This document shows positions 15,406 through 27,654 of a stretch of DNA of 64,000 nucleotides, piece by piece; position 1 is the stretch's first letter; each line of letters starts with the position of its first letter. Made by a program: the position numbers and the translations under genes. The DNA lies in NCBI GenBank assembly GCA_951406725.2, contig OX597825.1:55738001-55802000 (forward strand), written 5' to 3'. Origin of the DNA: Octopus vulgaris (Eukaryota). The notes under the pieces were generated by a model. The model was given only the letters and a program-made list of their open reading frames with translations, was not told where the DNA came from and made no database searches.

Positions 15406-15472
15406 AAGGCGGCGAGTCGCCAGAAACGCTTAGTGGTATTTCGTCTGCCGCTACGTTCTGAGTTCAAATTCT
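15406..15472 (+). mobile_element. SINE family A head fragment
   Basis: AAGGCGGCGAG...GCTTAGTGGTATTTCGTCTGCCGCTACGTTCTGAGTTCAAATTC. Confidence 0.65.
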
Positions 15473-16240
15473 ATAGAAGGCTCTAATGATGTCAGTAGTG
15501 GAAGCACTGTAGAACTCACGAATGAATTCATTTTCTTTAGAGTTCTGTAATGAATTTGACTGGTGGGATAATTGGGAAAATTATCCGGTAATAATTCCCA
15601 CTTCAGTGGACTGTAGAGATTTTAGACCGTCAACGGTTATTCTTGTATATTTTGTGGCGAGTATGTAGTTTGCAGATAGGTAGCTAAGGTTCTACACTTT
15701 AAGGCTACGATTTAAATATGTTGCTGTGAGCTTCATACATTTCTTAATCATATTAATGGAATAAATGAATGACTTAATTTCGGTAGAGACTTTGTCATCC
15801 TTCATCGATCACTAAAATATATATTGATCGTCTATTAATCGAAGGAATCGTTTACCACACAGCCGTGACTCTCCTTTAAAATGTTTGATCTCTTGTTATA
15901 TTGAAATATATGAAAATTCGCCCTCGCCCTCTCTTTCTTTCTCCCCTTGTTTCTCTCTTACTCTCACTCTCTTTCTGTGCGTGTGTGATGGTTTAAGCGA
16001 AAATTTTAAAGCCATCTCTAAGTTCCACCTTCAGGACTGAGGACAGTCCAGTTAACAGCGCAACCCAGACAAAGATGTTAGCTTTTGGTGTAATGAAAAC
16101 ATGTATCAAATTTACCCAGCGTATTTAGTTTTATATCATACGTTTACAAAATGTAAAATATGTTTTAATATACTTAATTTATATCACTGACATTGCACTC
16201 TCTCGCACTCTCGTGCTCTCTCTCATTTCTCTGTATATAA

Positions 16241-16298
<58 letters not shown>

Positions 16299-16778
16299 GT
16301 GTGTGTGTGTGTGTGTGTATAGACACACGAATATATGATCTGTTGAGACAGTTGATACCTCTCAGTTGTAATTTCTCTGGTCTAGTCTGGCTTAATTAAT
16401 AAACCTATAAAACAAACTCTATCTTTATTGATACCCTACTTCCACCTCCAAGCCCATCTCCCCCTGACACTGGGGGCGTTTGAGATGATGGAGCATGGGG
16501 ACGCGAGGATGCTGGAAAAGGGTATTGATTAAACGAGGTCTCATTACGGTCAAAGGAACATTGTGGAAGAGAATTAGTAGAAGTTATTGACTAAATCAGG
16601 AAATGTAGCACCAGCGAATCCAAAGAGCCAGTCTTCGGAGACGTAAGAGCGATAACACCAAAGCGTATATATCTATTCCAGAAAATTATTTGCTGCAACA
16701 AAAACAACAACAACAACAACAACAGCAATAATTAAAAAAAAGGAGAGAACAACAACGACGGCAACAGACAGCAATAAC

Positions 16779-16960
16779 AAAGATGGCGTCGATAAATGAG
16801 ATGGCAGCGAATTTTCTCTTGTTTCGAAATATTAACTCATTATCACGATATTTTCCCCACACGGTAAAGATGGCGCCATCATTAAACACACAGGAACCAT
16901 CATGGTTTCACGAGAAAATGACCAAAAATAACCAGAAGTAACCAGAAATAGCCGGAAGTA
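16779..16960 (+). promoter_or_regulatory. Candidate regulatory island (YY1-like and ETS-like motifs)
   Basis: AAGATGGCG twice, GAGATGGCAGC once and CCGGAAGT at 16952-16959 in non-repetitive sequence. Motif match only. Confidence 0.25.
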
Positions 16961-17281
16961 GAGACATATGAGAATATGGTTAGATATATTGAACTAGATT
17001 GATTAAACTTTCGCTGTTGTACTTTATTTGACACGTGACTTCATCTGTGATTAAGTGTGGAAACTAAGAGACTAGCGACATTGCAGAATCATATTAACCA
17101 ATTAAAACTTATAGAGCGTTGTGTGGATAAGCTGCTCCATTATATTCCCGCGCTAGAAGCACGCACGCACGCACGCACGCACGCACACTCACACACATTT
17201 ATACTATAATATATAATATACATATAGATATTTCTGTATGTATATGTATGTAATGTGTATATATATGCATATATATACGCA

Positions 17282-17315
<34 letters not shown>

Positions 17316-17363
17316 GCTAGCTATCCATCTATCTGTATGTCTGTCTGTCTCTCTAATTATCAG

Positions 17364-17397
<34 letters not shown>

Positions 17398-17450
17398 TGT
17401 ATGTATGTATGTACGTATGTACGTATGTATATATATATCTATATCTATAT

Positions 17451-17685
17451 ACGGGAGTAAGCACATAAATGTGAAACGAGGTGGATAAAAGAGTACTCAA
17501 ATACCAGAGGTAGAGTAATATGCTTTATTTAAAGCAGCAGAAATGTAACAAATGCTGTTACTCAGAGTTTCCCGTTCCCGTTCGTCGGACAGTTTTGTTA
17601 AAATTTTTAACAAAACTGTCCGACGAACGGGAACGTAAAACTCCGAGTAACAGCTTTTGCTACATTTCTGCTGCTTTTAAATAAA

Positions 17686-17691
<6 letters not shown>
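17451..17691. mobile_element. Fold-back element with a ~170-bp palindrome carrying a hammerhead-like motif on each arm (probably Penelope-derived)
   Basis: Arms about 17518-17600 and 17607-17691 are near-perfect reverse complements. Motif CTGT-CCGACGA-ACG(GGAA)CGT-GAA-ACTC(N)GAGT-A-ACAG; flanked by TA-rich microsatellites. Confidence 0.75.
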
Positions 17692-17735
<44 letters not shown>

Positions 17736-17834
17736 GCATATCTATCTATCTATCTATCCATCTATCTGTCTAATTATCAGTATATATACGTATATATATA
17801 TATATATATATATATGCATATACATACATACACA

Positions 17835-18846
17835 CAGGGGCTGGACAAAATAATGGAAACACCTAGCATCATAAAATCATGATTTTGAAATATCTATAAA
17901 ACCGTCAAAAGCTTGTTTGTTTTGATGCTTTTTGATTTATTATTAGTGTTACTTAATATGTTTTGCTATCCATCTATCTGTCTGTTCTTTTCAGATATCA
18001 TCAAAAAATCTATCGGGCTTTCAAAGAAATCAAATTGTTGGTGCTTATATGGCAGGCGCAAGAATAAAGAAAACAGCCGAAATGTTTGGTGTATCAAGAA
18101 GTACAGCCTCGAAAATAATGACAGCTTTTGAGAAAGAGGGAAAAACCTCCTCGTCGAAACAAAAATCTGGAAGGAAACCAAAACTTTCAGATATGAACCG
18201 TCGGACTCTTACACGAATTGTTAGAAAGGATCACAAAAGTACAGCAGAGCTTAATGACCAACTCCAGAACCCAGTTTCCACAAAACTGTTCGCCAGGAGC
18301 TGCACAAAGCCGGATTTCACGGGAGGGCTGCAATCAGAAAACCACTACTTTCAAAAACACCTTTCGATTCCCAGACCGGGCGTTGTGAGTGTTTATTGAG
18401 CGAAAACACCTAAAGCTCCACGAGGCTCCGGTAGGGGATGGTGGTGATCCCTGCTGTACTCTTTTATCACAACCTTCTCTCACTCTTACTTCCTGTTTCT
18501 GTTGTACCTGTATTTCAAAGGGCCGGCCTTGTCACTCTCTGTGTCACGCTGAATATCCCTGAGAACTGCGTTAAGGGTACACGTGTCTGTGGAGTGCTCA
18601 GCCACTTACACGTTAATTTCACGAGCAGGCTGTTCCGTTGATTCGGATCAACCGGAACCCTTGTCGTCGTAACCGACGGAGTGCTTCCACTTTCAAAAAC
18701 AATCATTGCAAAGCGTTTTGAGTGGAGCAAAACCCTACAGAATTGGTCCCCAGAGCAGTGGGAAAATGTTATTTTCACGGACGAGTCATCCTTTACCTTA
18801 TTTCCGACCGCCGGCCGAGTATACGTGTGGAGAAAACCAAAAGAAG
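17835..18846 (+). mobile_element. Tc1-family transposon, 3'-truncated and interrupted
   Basis: TIR-like CAGGGGCTGGACAAAATAATGGAAACACC; HTH region MAGARIKKTAEMFGVSRSTASKIMTAFEKEGKTSSSKQKSGRKPKLS. Removing the insert joins RKPLLSKTIIAKRFEW..WENVIFTDESSFTLFPTAGRVYVWRKPKEA (first catalytic D of DDE). Confidence 0.9.
18360..18688 (+). mobile_element. Retroposon (SINE-like family D, 5'-truncated) inserted in the Tc1 transposase
   Basis: Perfect 13-bp TSD ACTTTCAAAAACA at 18347-18359 and 18689-18701; begins with B-box-like TTCGATTCC. Decayed relatives at 27655 and 43970. Confidence 0.85.
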
Positions 18847-18905
18847 CAGTGGGATTGAACATGGAACTATGCGACTGGATGGCAAGCTCCTTACCACAGA
18901 GTCAC
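18846..18905 (-). mobile_element. SINE family B head fragment at the Tc1 truncation point
   Basis: GCAGTGGGATTGAAC..CAAGCTCCTTACCACAGAG is the reverse complement of the family B tRNA-like head. Confidence 0.55.
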
Positions 18906-19186
18906 ACGATAGAACACGAAGGTGAAAAAGAGTGATAGAACGTTAGAAAAACAGACACCCAGTCTGATAGCTAGTTGTATACATATACTCACGTATTGTT
19001 TACACTTTGCTATAGAAATCCACTTTTCATATACCGCCTCATTCATTTTACATCCTACCTTGTTATTTTCGTTTGCATCATAACGTCTGTAAGTCTGAAA
19101 GTGTTGTAATGTCTGTTAACCTTGTTCCCACTTAGATGTCATTACTAGCGTCGTCGTCATCCTCATCATCATCATGGCTACTACTG

Positions 19187-19249
<63 letters not shown>

Positions 19250-19290
19250 ATATTACACCACCACCACTACTAATAATAATGATGATGATG

Positions 19291-19351
<61 letters not shown>

Positions 19352-19858
19352 CAACAACAATAATAACTGTTGTTGTTGCTGATATTATAGTTGTTGTTAT
19401 CGTCGTTGTTGTGTTTGAAATCCGTCGTCACCAAGTCTGCTTAAACTGTCGCAGACTTCACTCGTAGAATAAAAGAGGACAGTTTAAAAACATTCTATTT
19501 TTTTCTTATTATTATTCTGTACACGAAACAATTGTCATCATAATTCCACTGTCTGTAAAGATCTGGAACAGCTGCTTCGGTATTCTTCCATAGATTGCAA
19601 CGTTTTGGTGTTGTTTTACACAGACATTATACATTTCTCATATACGTTAAGGCAATATTAGACATGTAAGTACGACTATGATTAACAATGCTTATACCTA
19701 TTTTATGCTTGTTACGGTGTGAAGGTGTACAATATTCAATTAGGTCTAGACATACCGATGTGCTAAAGAAAATAGCTATGGTCTAGGTAGTCTGCGTAAT
19801 TTAAAGAAAATTGAGAAATCAACAATTTTGTTGTATGATATATGATATACTGGAATTT

Positions 19859-20239
19859 GTAGGCGTGGCTGTGTGGTAAGAAGCTTGCTTTCCAACCAAA
19901 TGGTTCTGGCTTCAGTCCCACTGCGCGGCAGCTTGGGCAAGTGCCTTCTACTATAATCTCGGGCCGACCAAAGCTTTGTGAGTGGATTTGGTAGACGGAA
20001 ACTGGAAGAAGCCGGTCGTATGTGTGTGTCTTTATGTCTGTGTTTGGTCCCCCCCTCATCAACACTTAACAGCTGATGCAGGTGTGTTTATGTATTCGTA
20101 ACCTAGCGGTTCGACCGATGGAATAAGTACATTTGAAAAATAAGTCCTGAGGTCGATTTGTTCGACTGAAAGTGGGGTGCTCTAGCATGGCCACAGTCAC
20201 ATGACTGAAAGAAGTAAAAGAATAAAAGAATAAAAGAAT
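19859..20239 (+). mobile_element. tRNA-derived SINE family B, near full length
   Basis: A box TGGCTGTGTGG, B-box-like TTCAGTCC, core TTGGGCAAGTG.CTTCTACTATA, tail TGACTGAAA..(AAAAGAAT)n. Colinear with 58284-58708. Confidence 0.9.
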
Positions 20240-20565
20240 CACATAGGTTGTAATTGTTTTCCAGTTTGTATTTTTACAAGCCCAAATCTAAGTCGTACTG
20301 ACGAAACCTAACGAGCTAGAAACAAGTGACCATGTGTTTCTAGATATTAAGCTCGTCATTTTCCTTAGTAGTATGTCAGGTTTGGAGAAATCTTGATTCT
20401 TGGAATTATCTTTTCAAGTTGGGACAATTAAAATTAACATTTGTTCGTTATGATGTATCTTCTAGTGGGAGAGACAGTTTTAGTAAATCCAAAACTTTTA
20501 TTGTTTAGTATCGGACATACCAGTATTTGTCTGTGTGCATGTGTGTCTGCGTATATTTGTACATG

Positions 20566-20597
20566 TATGTACATATCTATATATGCATACACACGCG

Positions 20598-20628
<31 letters not shown>

Positions 20629-20652
20629 CGCGTGTGTATGCATATATAGATA

Positions 20653-20660
<8 letters not shown>
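20566..20660. repeat. Perfect 36-bp-arm palindrome centred on a TA run
   Basis: TATGTACATATCTATATATGCATACACACGCGTATA at 20566-20601 and its exact reverse complement at 20625-20660. Confidence 0.85.
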
Positions 20661-20716
<56 letters not shown>

Positions 20717-20720
20717 CATA

Positions 20721-20952
20721 CATGGGTGGCTAAAAGTCAGCTGACAGTAAATCAAAACCATTAAATTCCAAGATTTATTCCTGTTTAACAAGTGAATGAA
20801 TATAATAAAGGCATCTAAATATGAAGCATCCTGAAAATTGTTCAAACTAAAGTCTTTCTTGGGCGACACATTTTTCCATTCGAATCAATACAGAATTACA
20901 GATAGTATTTATGGAATTTTGATTTACTGTCGCCTGACTTTTGGCCAACCTG
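20721..20952. mobile_element. Tc1/mariner-type MITE
   Basis: ~36-bp imperfect TIRs (CATGGGTGGCTAAAAGTCAGCTGACAGTAAATCAAAA / TTTTGATTTACTGTCGCCTGACTTTTGGCCAACCTG) followed by TA; no ORF. Confidence 0.8.
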
Positions 20953-20987
20953 TATATGTGTATATATATATATATATTGTTAGTTCA

Positions 20988-22162
20988 TGTTGTAGCGAGA
21001 GTCACGACACCCACTACGAGAATAGACTGACAGAACTAATAACGGTCTGAGTGAGCTGACAGAGAATATGCGTTAATCGCAGGAAGTCGCAAGGTGTCAT
21101 TTTGGTAGTTTGTCGTTTATGGGTTCGTGTATAGTTGTGGAGAGTTTGTTGGATTGTTACGTTCTTGTTACCCTGCTTCGTTATATATTTTATTGTTACT
21201 GCATGGTTATAGTGTGAAAAAGTATTGTCATGACAATTAGCGATGCAACAATATTGGCGACGAAGATTCGAAGCTCACGCAAGTTATTTAACACATTTTT
21301 GTGATACAAAGTTGTTAATTATGGAAGAACTATTAGCTTCTATAATTTATTTGCAAATGCAACAACAAGAACAGCCACTGGAGTTGCAGAAACAACTACT
21401 ACAGCAATAAGAAACCCATGTTACGGATGTGGAGGCCTACATTTCAAGAAGGACTGTCCTTTCAAAACGCAGGAATGTTACAGTTGCCCCCAAAATAGGA
21501 CACAAGAGCTCACATTGCAGAGTAAAGTTAGGAAGATTGTAGATGAAAAATTCTAAAGTGTTCTCAACTGAAAGTAGAAACGACACCAAAAAGAGGGAAT
21601 TTGTACATGTAAAAGTAAACGAAGTGAATGTGATATTACAACTAGGTACTGGTAGCGACATTTCGATTATTGATACCGACACGTGGGAAATAATTGGGAA
21701 ATCTACGCTAAGAAAAACATTGAAAATTGAGCGAGGCGTAACAGGTAAAAAACTACACTTCGTAAGCGAAATGTGGAGTGATATTACATTCCGTGGTAAA
21801 ACCTGTAGAGCAAAAGTTTTCGTATTAAGAAATGCAACTAATCTGTTCGGTACGGACTGGATGAAGTTGTTTGACTTATGGGACCTCCCCATAAGTCTGT
21901 ACTGTGAAAAAAATAAACGTCTGCCTCACCAGTAAAATAAGCGTCTGGCCACACCAGTAGAAAAGGGAGTGTAGGTGTAAATCGCAGGAAGTCGTAATGT
22001 ATCCTTTTGGTAGTTTGTCGGAATGTCGTTTGTTAGTTCGTGTATAGTTCGTGGAGAGTTTGTTGGATTGTTATGTTGTTATTTGCTTCGTTATATACTT
22101 AATTGTTACTTCACGGTTATGGTGTAAAAAAAAGCATCGTCATAACAATTGGCGATACAACA
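20988..22162 (+). mobile_element. Internally deleted Ty3/Gypsy LTR retrotransposon (LTR-PBS-gag/protease remnant-PPT-LTR)
   Basis: 5' LTR 20988-21250 (TGTTG...CAACA); PBS TGGCGACGA at 21255; zinc knuckle CYGCGGLHFKKDC; protease LQLGTGSDISIID..NLFGTDW (catalytic D to G); PPT AGAAAAGGGAG; 3' LTR about 21970-22162; AGTTCA on both flanks. Confidence 0.9.
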
Positions 22163-22399
22163 AGTTCACAGATAAGATCCAAAGATTCTCCGTTTGGAAG
22201 ACACTTAGTAGTGCTCAAAAGCTTCAAGCACTTAGATCCCGATGTCTTTATAGGCCATCATTCCACATGGTAAAGAAAGGCTATAAGGGGGATCGAGCTG
22301 ATAAATATATACATTGTTACCACTTTAACTCTCCGCAAAAAATCCCAAGTTTTACTTATTTGCTTTGTGGGAAGGACTGTTTTAACGAAGTCGCATCTT

Positions 22400-22545
22400 G
22401 TCCCTACCTTCGAACGCAGAGTAGATAAAACAAGAGACAACTGATGAAGGGAATGTTCTTTATGTTACCTGTCTCGTTTCTCTATTTGTTTCTTTCATTT
22501 TTCATGTTCTCGATTCTCATTTTGTTGAGGTTTTTTTTATGTCCT
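22400..22545 (+). repeat. Dispersed repeat shared with 28595-28747 (opposite strand), possibly a Penelope-like terminal repeat
   Basis: GAGTAGATAA..GACAACTGATGAAGGG..TTCTTTATGTTAC.TGTC..GTTT..CTATTTGTTTC occurs in both places. Confidence 0.55.
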
Positions 22546-23282
22546 GTACACATATATGCATGTATATATATATACACATATATATGTAGGTATGTACATA
22601 TATGTATGTATATACGCATAAATTTATATATTATTTATATATATATATATATATATGTATATATCAACACACAGACATACACTCACCCACACACATATAT
22701 AGACAAACATACAAACATTCTATGTCCATAATCGATAACAAGAGAGCACAAAATCCAATACAGTAGGCTGTTTTAACCAAATATAAAAATTTTAATTGAA
22801 TAAAACCACCAAAGTTTGTTATATCTAAAAAAAAATATTTAAAATGTTACCGATCTACTGCCAAGCAGCTATGCAATATTTGAGATACCGAATGACAATT
22901 ATGATAACGAATTCATCAATGGTAGCAGCTCATAATTCTTGAATATTACTAAAATTGCATTGGTACACTTTATTTAGGAGATATTGCACGAGTAGCTAAG
23001 TCAAGATATTCTACAAGTGTTTCTTCTTATTCTGTCTAGAGGTTATTTGAATGCTTGTCTAAATAATCTCTTGTGATATCAAGTCAGTCCTGTCTTGCTG
23101 AAGTACGTGAATCATTATGAAACTATATAAGAAGAATAAGCTAACCGTTATGTGTATTATCTTATCGGGACAAGGGTCAGGATGGTATATCTCGACTAAA
23201 TATAAAAAGGCCCAATTACATGAGAACTGTAAATTGAAGCCTAAACGCATAATCAAGATCTAGATGTATATTTCATTTAGCT

Positions 23283-23366
23283 TCATGACTGTTATCTGCA
23301 GCACAATGCATACGATTGTGTCGGTTGGTGACTCCATTTACATGAAATGTTGCCTTATCTGACCGA
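23283..23366 (-). pseudogene. Tc1/mariner-superfamily transposase catalytic fragment
   Basis: Translates RSDKATFHVNGVTNRHNRMHCAADNSHE, resembling the SDEAxFHLNGxVNRHN..W..ENPH motif. Confidence 0.5.
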
Positions 23367-23464
23367 TTTCTGCGATGGACAGGACAAGAATTACTACGGA
23401 AGATCACCGATTTTGCCTCATTAGATTCAGCCTGACCAAATTCAAAGATGAGTAAGGCAAGAAT

Positions 23465-23575
23465 TGTTACGTAAGATCATCAATATTTTCTCATTGAATT
23501 CAAAGTTATCAAATCATATGATGAATAAGGCGAGAAGAGTTACATAAAATCGTGCGATGTTCCCTGAGGCAAAAT
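23465..23575 (-). pseudogene. Very decayed LINE reverse-transcriptase fragment
   Basis: LPQGT ... LFSPY ... IDDLT in the expected order but across frameshifts. Confidence 0.3.
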
Positions 23576-24227
23576 TCAATGACAAATAAGGCAAGTATTG
23601 TTACCTAACAGGGGCAACAGTTTCCTATCAAAATCACCTCCGTTCAGGCTTTGTAACGTTTAAAGATAAAATAACGCAAATTTTAATTCCTTCAGAATTT
23701 ATCGCAATAATGTTTTACTGATATTCAACTGATACGAACAAATATAAGAGATGCCAAATAATATTTTTCATATTGTTAGAAGATTAACTAAACATTCTCT
23801 TCTGTCCAGACTGATACTAGGCAACCAGAACGAAGCTCAACTTTTAGTGTGCCTCTACTAACCCAAGAAATATCAATTATTCTGTAGATCAAACTAGCAG
23901 TCCTCCCGTTGTCGTCCAATTGAAATTGGATTTTAAGAATATATTCTTCTGAACAAGCCTCATCTAATCTTCTGTGCTGCCACATAAGTGACTCATAGTT
24001 CCGAAATGGAAATGTGTGAAGATAAACTTCGTTTATTTGGCGTGTTTATTTTAAAGCAGATTTGATTACCTATTTCAATTCAACTCCATAATTATTTGGC
24101 AATGTTGCCGTATAACGACTTATAGCAGAAACCTGTTAATATATGTGCGTGTGTCTGTCTGTGTGTATGTATGTATGTATGTATGTATGTATGTATGTAT
24201 GTATGTATGTATGTATGTATGTATGTA

Positions 24228-24285
<58 letters not shown>

Positions 24286-24372
24286 CAAACCTCTGCCAAA
24301 TATATATGTATGTTTATATGTACATACGATCTTCTCCAATATTACCATAGCAAACTCTCTCCCACTCTCTTC

Positions 24373-24425
<53 letters not shown>

Positions 24426-25404
24426 TTACAGCCATTTTATGATGCTAAAATATCCATTATATCTTTTTACTTCAATATTATAGCGTGGAAAGTAAAAAAA
24501 AGAAGCCTAAAAAAAAGAATTCTAACGGCAGATTGGGTGCGTTGCTGTTTACAAGTTGCATTACTACAAAACCATAGCAGTAAAAGACTGAATTGATTTT
24601 GCAGACAAAGCATACACGCAGCGTTCTCTGCAATGTTAATTCTCAACAGTGGAATTAATCATAAAAACAGCAAACTGACTTCTGATGCCAACCAACAAGA
24701 GTATTAGTTTGTCAACAAACTTGTTAGCTTAGTTATTTGTTGGTAAAATGTGCAGTTGTAATTAAAGTGGAGTAACGAGTTAAAATTCAATGCAGGGGCT
24801 GGACGGACGGCGATACCAAATTAAATAACAAAAAATGGCGTACATGACGATAACAGAATTTTGAATGAATAAATAAGCGAATGAATGAGACTTTTGTAGA
24901 ATTTGGCGTTGGAAATAGTGCAAAGTGTTTGCATGTGTGTCTGTGTGGAGGGAAAACTGGGGGAGTGAAATAATTGTGTTTATGGAGATATATTTCGTAT
25001 TGAAGGAATATATAGGCTGTTAATTCAATATAACAATGTATTTCTTGCTTTGCTAAAATATATTCTGTTCCCATATTACACGAAAACAAAATGGCACGTC
25101 ACGCTTTGATGGATAATCTGGATCACAAAAGATCAAGCGATTCCCTTTATTGCAACAGTGAGTTGAATAAGTAAATATTTAACAAAGAAACTGTAATATG
25201 AGGAAGCTGGAAATGGTCCATCCGCCCCACCCACAAAAATACTTTATAAAATTCTTACAGTGTGAAATAAGTTCTAGAAAGAAACTATGAAATTAGGATT
25301 ATTTTAATAATAAAACATTTTAAAATAAAAGCACAGCATTTACCAGCAGAGAGACTCGATACTCAAGTTAAAGCAAGCATAAAATTCGTTTCCACTGACA
25401 TTTC

Positions 25405-25580
25405 AAGTTTCGCCTGATGGCTAATTCACTGACGAAGTAAGCCGTCAGACGAAACATACGGTCCCAGAATTTCATGATAAATTTTGATTTGTTCTTCCTT
25501 CAATGAACGTCTCAGTACCAAATGATCAAATTCCCGCAGCGCAATGACTTATCGTATTTCACCAATTTCCTTAAATATTT
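25405..25580 (+). mobile_element. Penelope-like terminal fragment with hammerhead-like core
   Basis: CTGACGA at 25429-25435, GAAAC at 25451-25455 and GTC at 25461-25463; short inverted copy GTTTCGCCTGATGGCT just upstream. Confidence 0.45.
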
Positions 25581-25829
25581 ATTTCAGTACATTTAGGTAT
25601 CAGTAATATGCTGGTGAACATGTTATCTTTTAATCACATTTCTTGCGAAACTGGGAACCTCTGCGCGCTGGAAATAGCAGGCAAAATCTCGTTTAAATCA
25701 AACCACACTGTCTTGAAAGAATTTTCTAGATAACATAGTTTACGGTTCCATGCACATGGGAAAAATACCAGATGGTCATGACTGAAATGGGAATGCTGGG
25801 ATGGAGCTGAACTGGTTAAAAAATATTTA

Positions 25830-25935
25830 CTTATAAAAAGAAAATATTCACATATACAAGAAAATAAAGAATTAAGTATTTCATATTTTGAAAATGTCAC
25901 AAGATTACAATGTGTTTTAGTCCAGAAGTTCTGAT
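25830..25935 (-). pseudogene. Possible hAT C-terminal dimerisation-domain remnant
   Basis: FWTKTHCNLVTFSKYEILNSLFSCICEYFLF loosely resembles FW..L...IL..F...CE.F. Confidence 0.25.
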
Positions 25936-26336
25936 TATATTTCCTAACATTTGAATTGTGGCACACAATGTCTACTTCTTGCGGTGACATGGAAGTTATT
26001 TTTTGTGACATACTACCATTTACTACTCTACCAAGCAAACAACCTTTAGAAATTACATTTTTTTTTATTTATACTGTATTTTATTTTGCAAAGATTTAAG
26101 AATAAATCTATTTACTAAAATACTGGGGAAGAATATACATAGAAAACACAAAAGTATAAAAAGAAAGCGAGACAGATGGATGGATGGTTGGAATGAATGA
26201 TTAATGAATAGCTAGTTAGACAGAAGGTAGATAAAGAGATAGATTATATACAAAGATAGGTGGTTAGCTAGTTAGCTAGATAGATCATAGTTAAGATATA
26301 TAGATGGATAAACAGGTAGATAGATACATACATACA

Positions 26337-26370
<34 letters not shown>

Positions 26371-27245
26371 CATACATGCATGCATGCATACATACATATA
26401 TAAGTAGATGACAAAGCAGATAGATATATGCAAGAATAGATAGGCGGTAGATAGGTGCAGCATTAGATAGAAAAATATATAGATGGATAAGCAAACAGAT
26501 ACATAATGAAAGGAAGAAAGAAAGAAAAAAGCGAGAGAGATGGAGATAAACAGATGAAAAGATAGATAGATAGAGATTGAGATAGACTGATAGATTAAAG
26601 AGACAATTAAAGAAATATAGAAAGAGTGTGGAGCACATTCCTCTTGTTTCATATAACGAAGGACAGACCTTTTCAAAATTACATTTGACAAGCAGTTTGA
26701 ATAGACAGTTTCTACAGCTTTAATGTCAATTCGCCTGTTGCAACCTCAGCAGTTGTTTAGGAAGATTTTTCATGTCACTTCACACATCTATCTAATTACT
26801 TAGCCAACCGTAATAATATATGCACTATGTTTTCCCATTGAATAATACACACATTCGCAGAAATGCATTGTTTGCAAGAAGAACAAAACAAACAGAAAAA
26901 GGAAGACAACATAAAATAAAACAAGACAAATTTAGTTAATTTCCCTCTGGGATTTTAGAAAATGTAGTGCGTCTTTCTACAGTTAGATTTTGTTACAACA
27001 AAGAGACGAATTAATACACATGTAAAGATATATGCGCACAATCGCAAAAGTACAACACTTATACAAATATGTACACACGTACAAATATACATAATGATAT
27101 ATGTATAGGTGTATGTATCTATGTATTTACGTATCTGTCTATTTCTATCAATAATGCATATAAAGTGGTTGAAGATACATGTGTATGTGTACACATAAAC
27201 ACACTTAATTTCTTTCTCTCTTTCTCTTTCTCTCTCTCTCTCACT

Positions 27246-27283
<38 letters not shown>

Positions 27284-27377
27284 ACACACGCGCGCACACA
27301 TATATATGTATGTATGTGTATGCGTGTGTGTGTGTGGATAGATTGATACAAATATGCATTTATAAAAGTATATATGT

Positions 27378-27457
27378 ATGGCTGTGTGGTAAGGAGCTTG
27401 CTTCCCAACCACATGGTCCCGGGTTCAGTCCCACTGAGTGAAACAAGTAAAAGAGTA
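27378..27457 (+). mobile_element. Miniature SINE family B (tRNA head fused directly to tail)
   Basis: TGGCTGTGTGGTAAG..GGGTTCAGTCCCACTG is joined to AGTGAAACAAGTAAAAGAGTA; the body is absent. Confidence 0.8.
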
Positions 27458-27654
27458 TACATACACACACACACACACACAGACATATACATACAGAAAC
27501 ACACTCACACACAAGCACACTCAAACACACACACACACTCACACACACACACACATACACATATATATATATATACAGAGATACACTCATATACAAGCAC
27601 ACAAGCACACGCAAACGCACACACGTTCGCGCGCACGCACACATGGATCACTCT

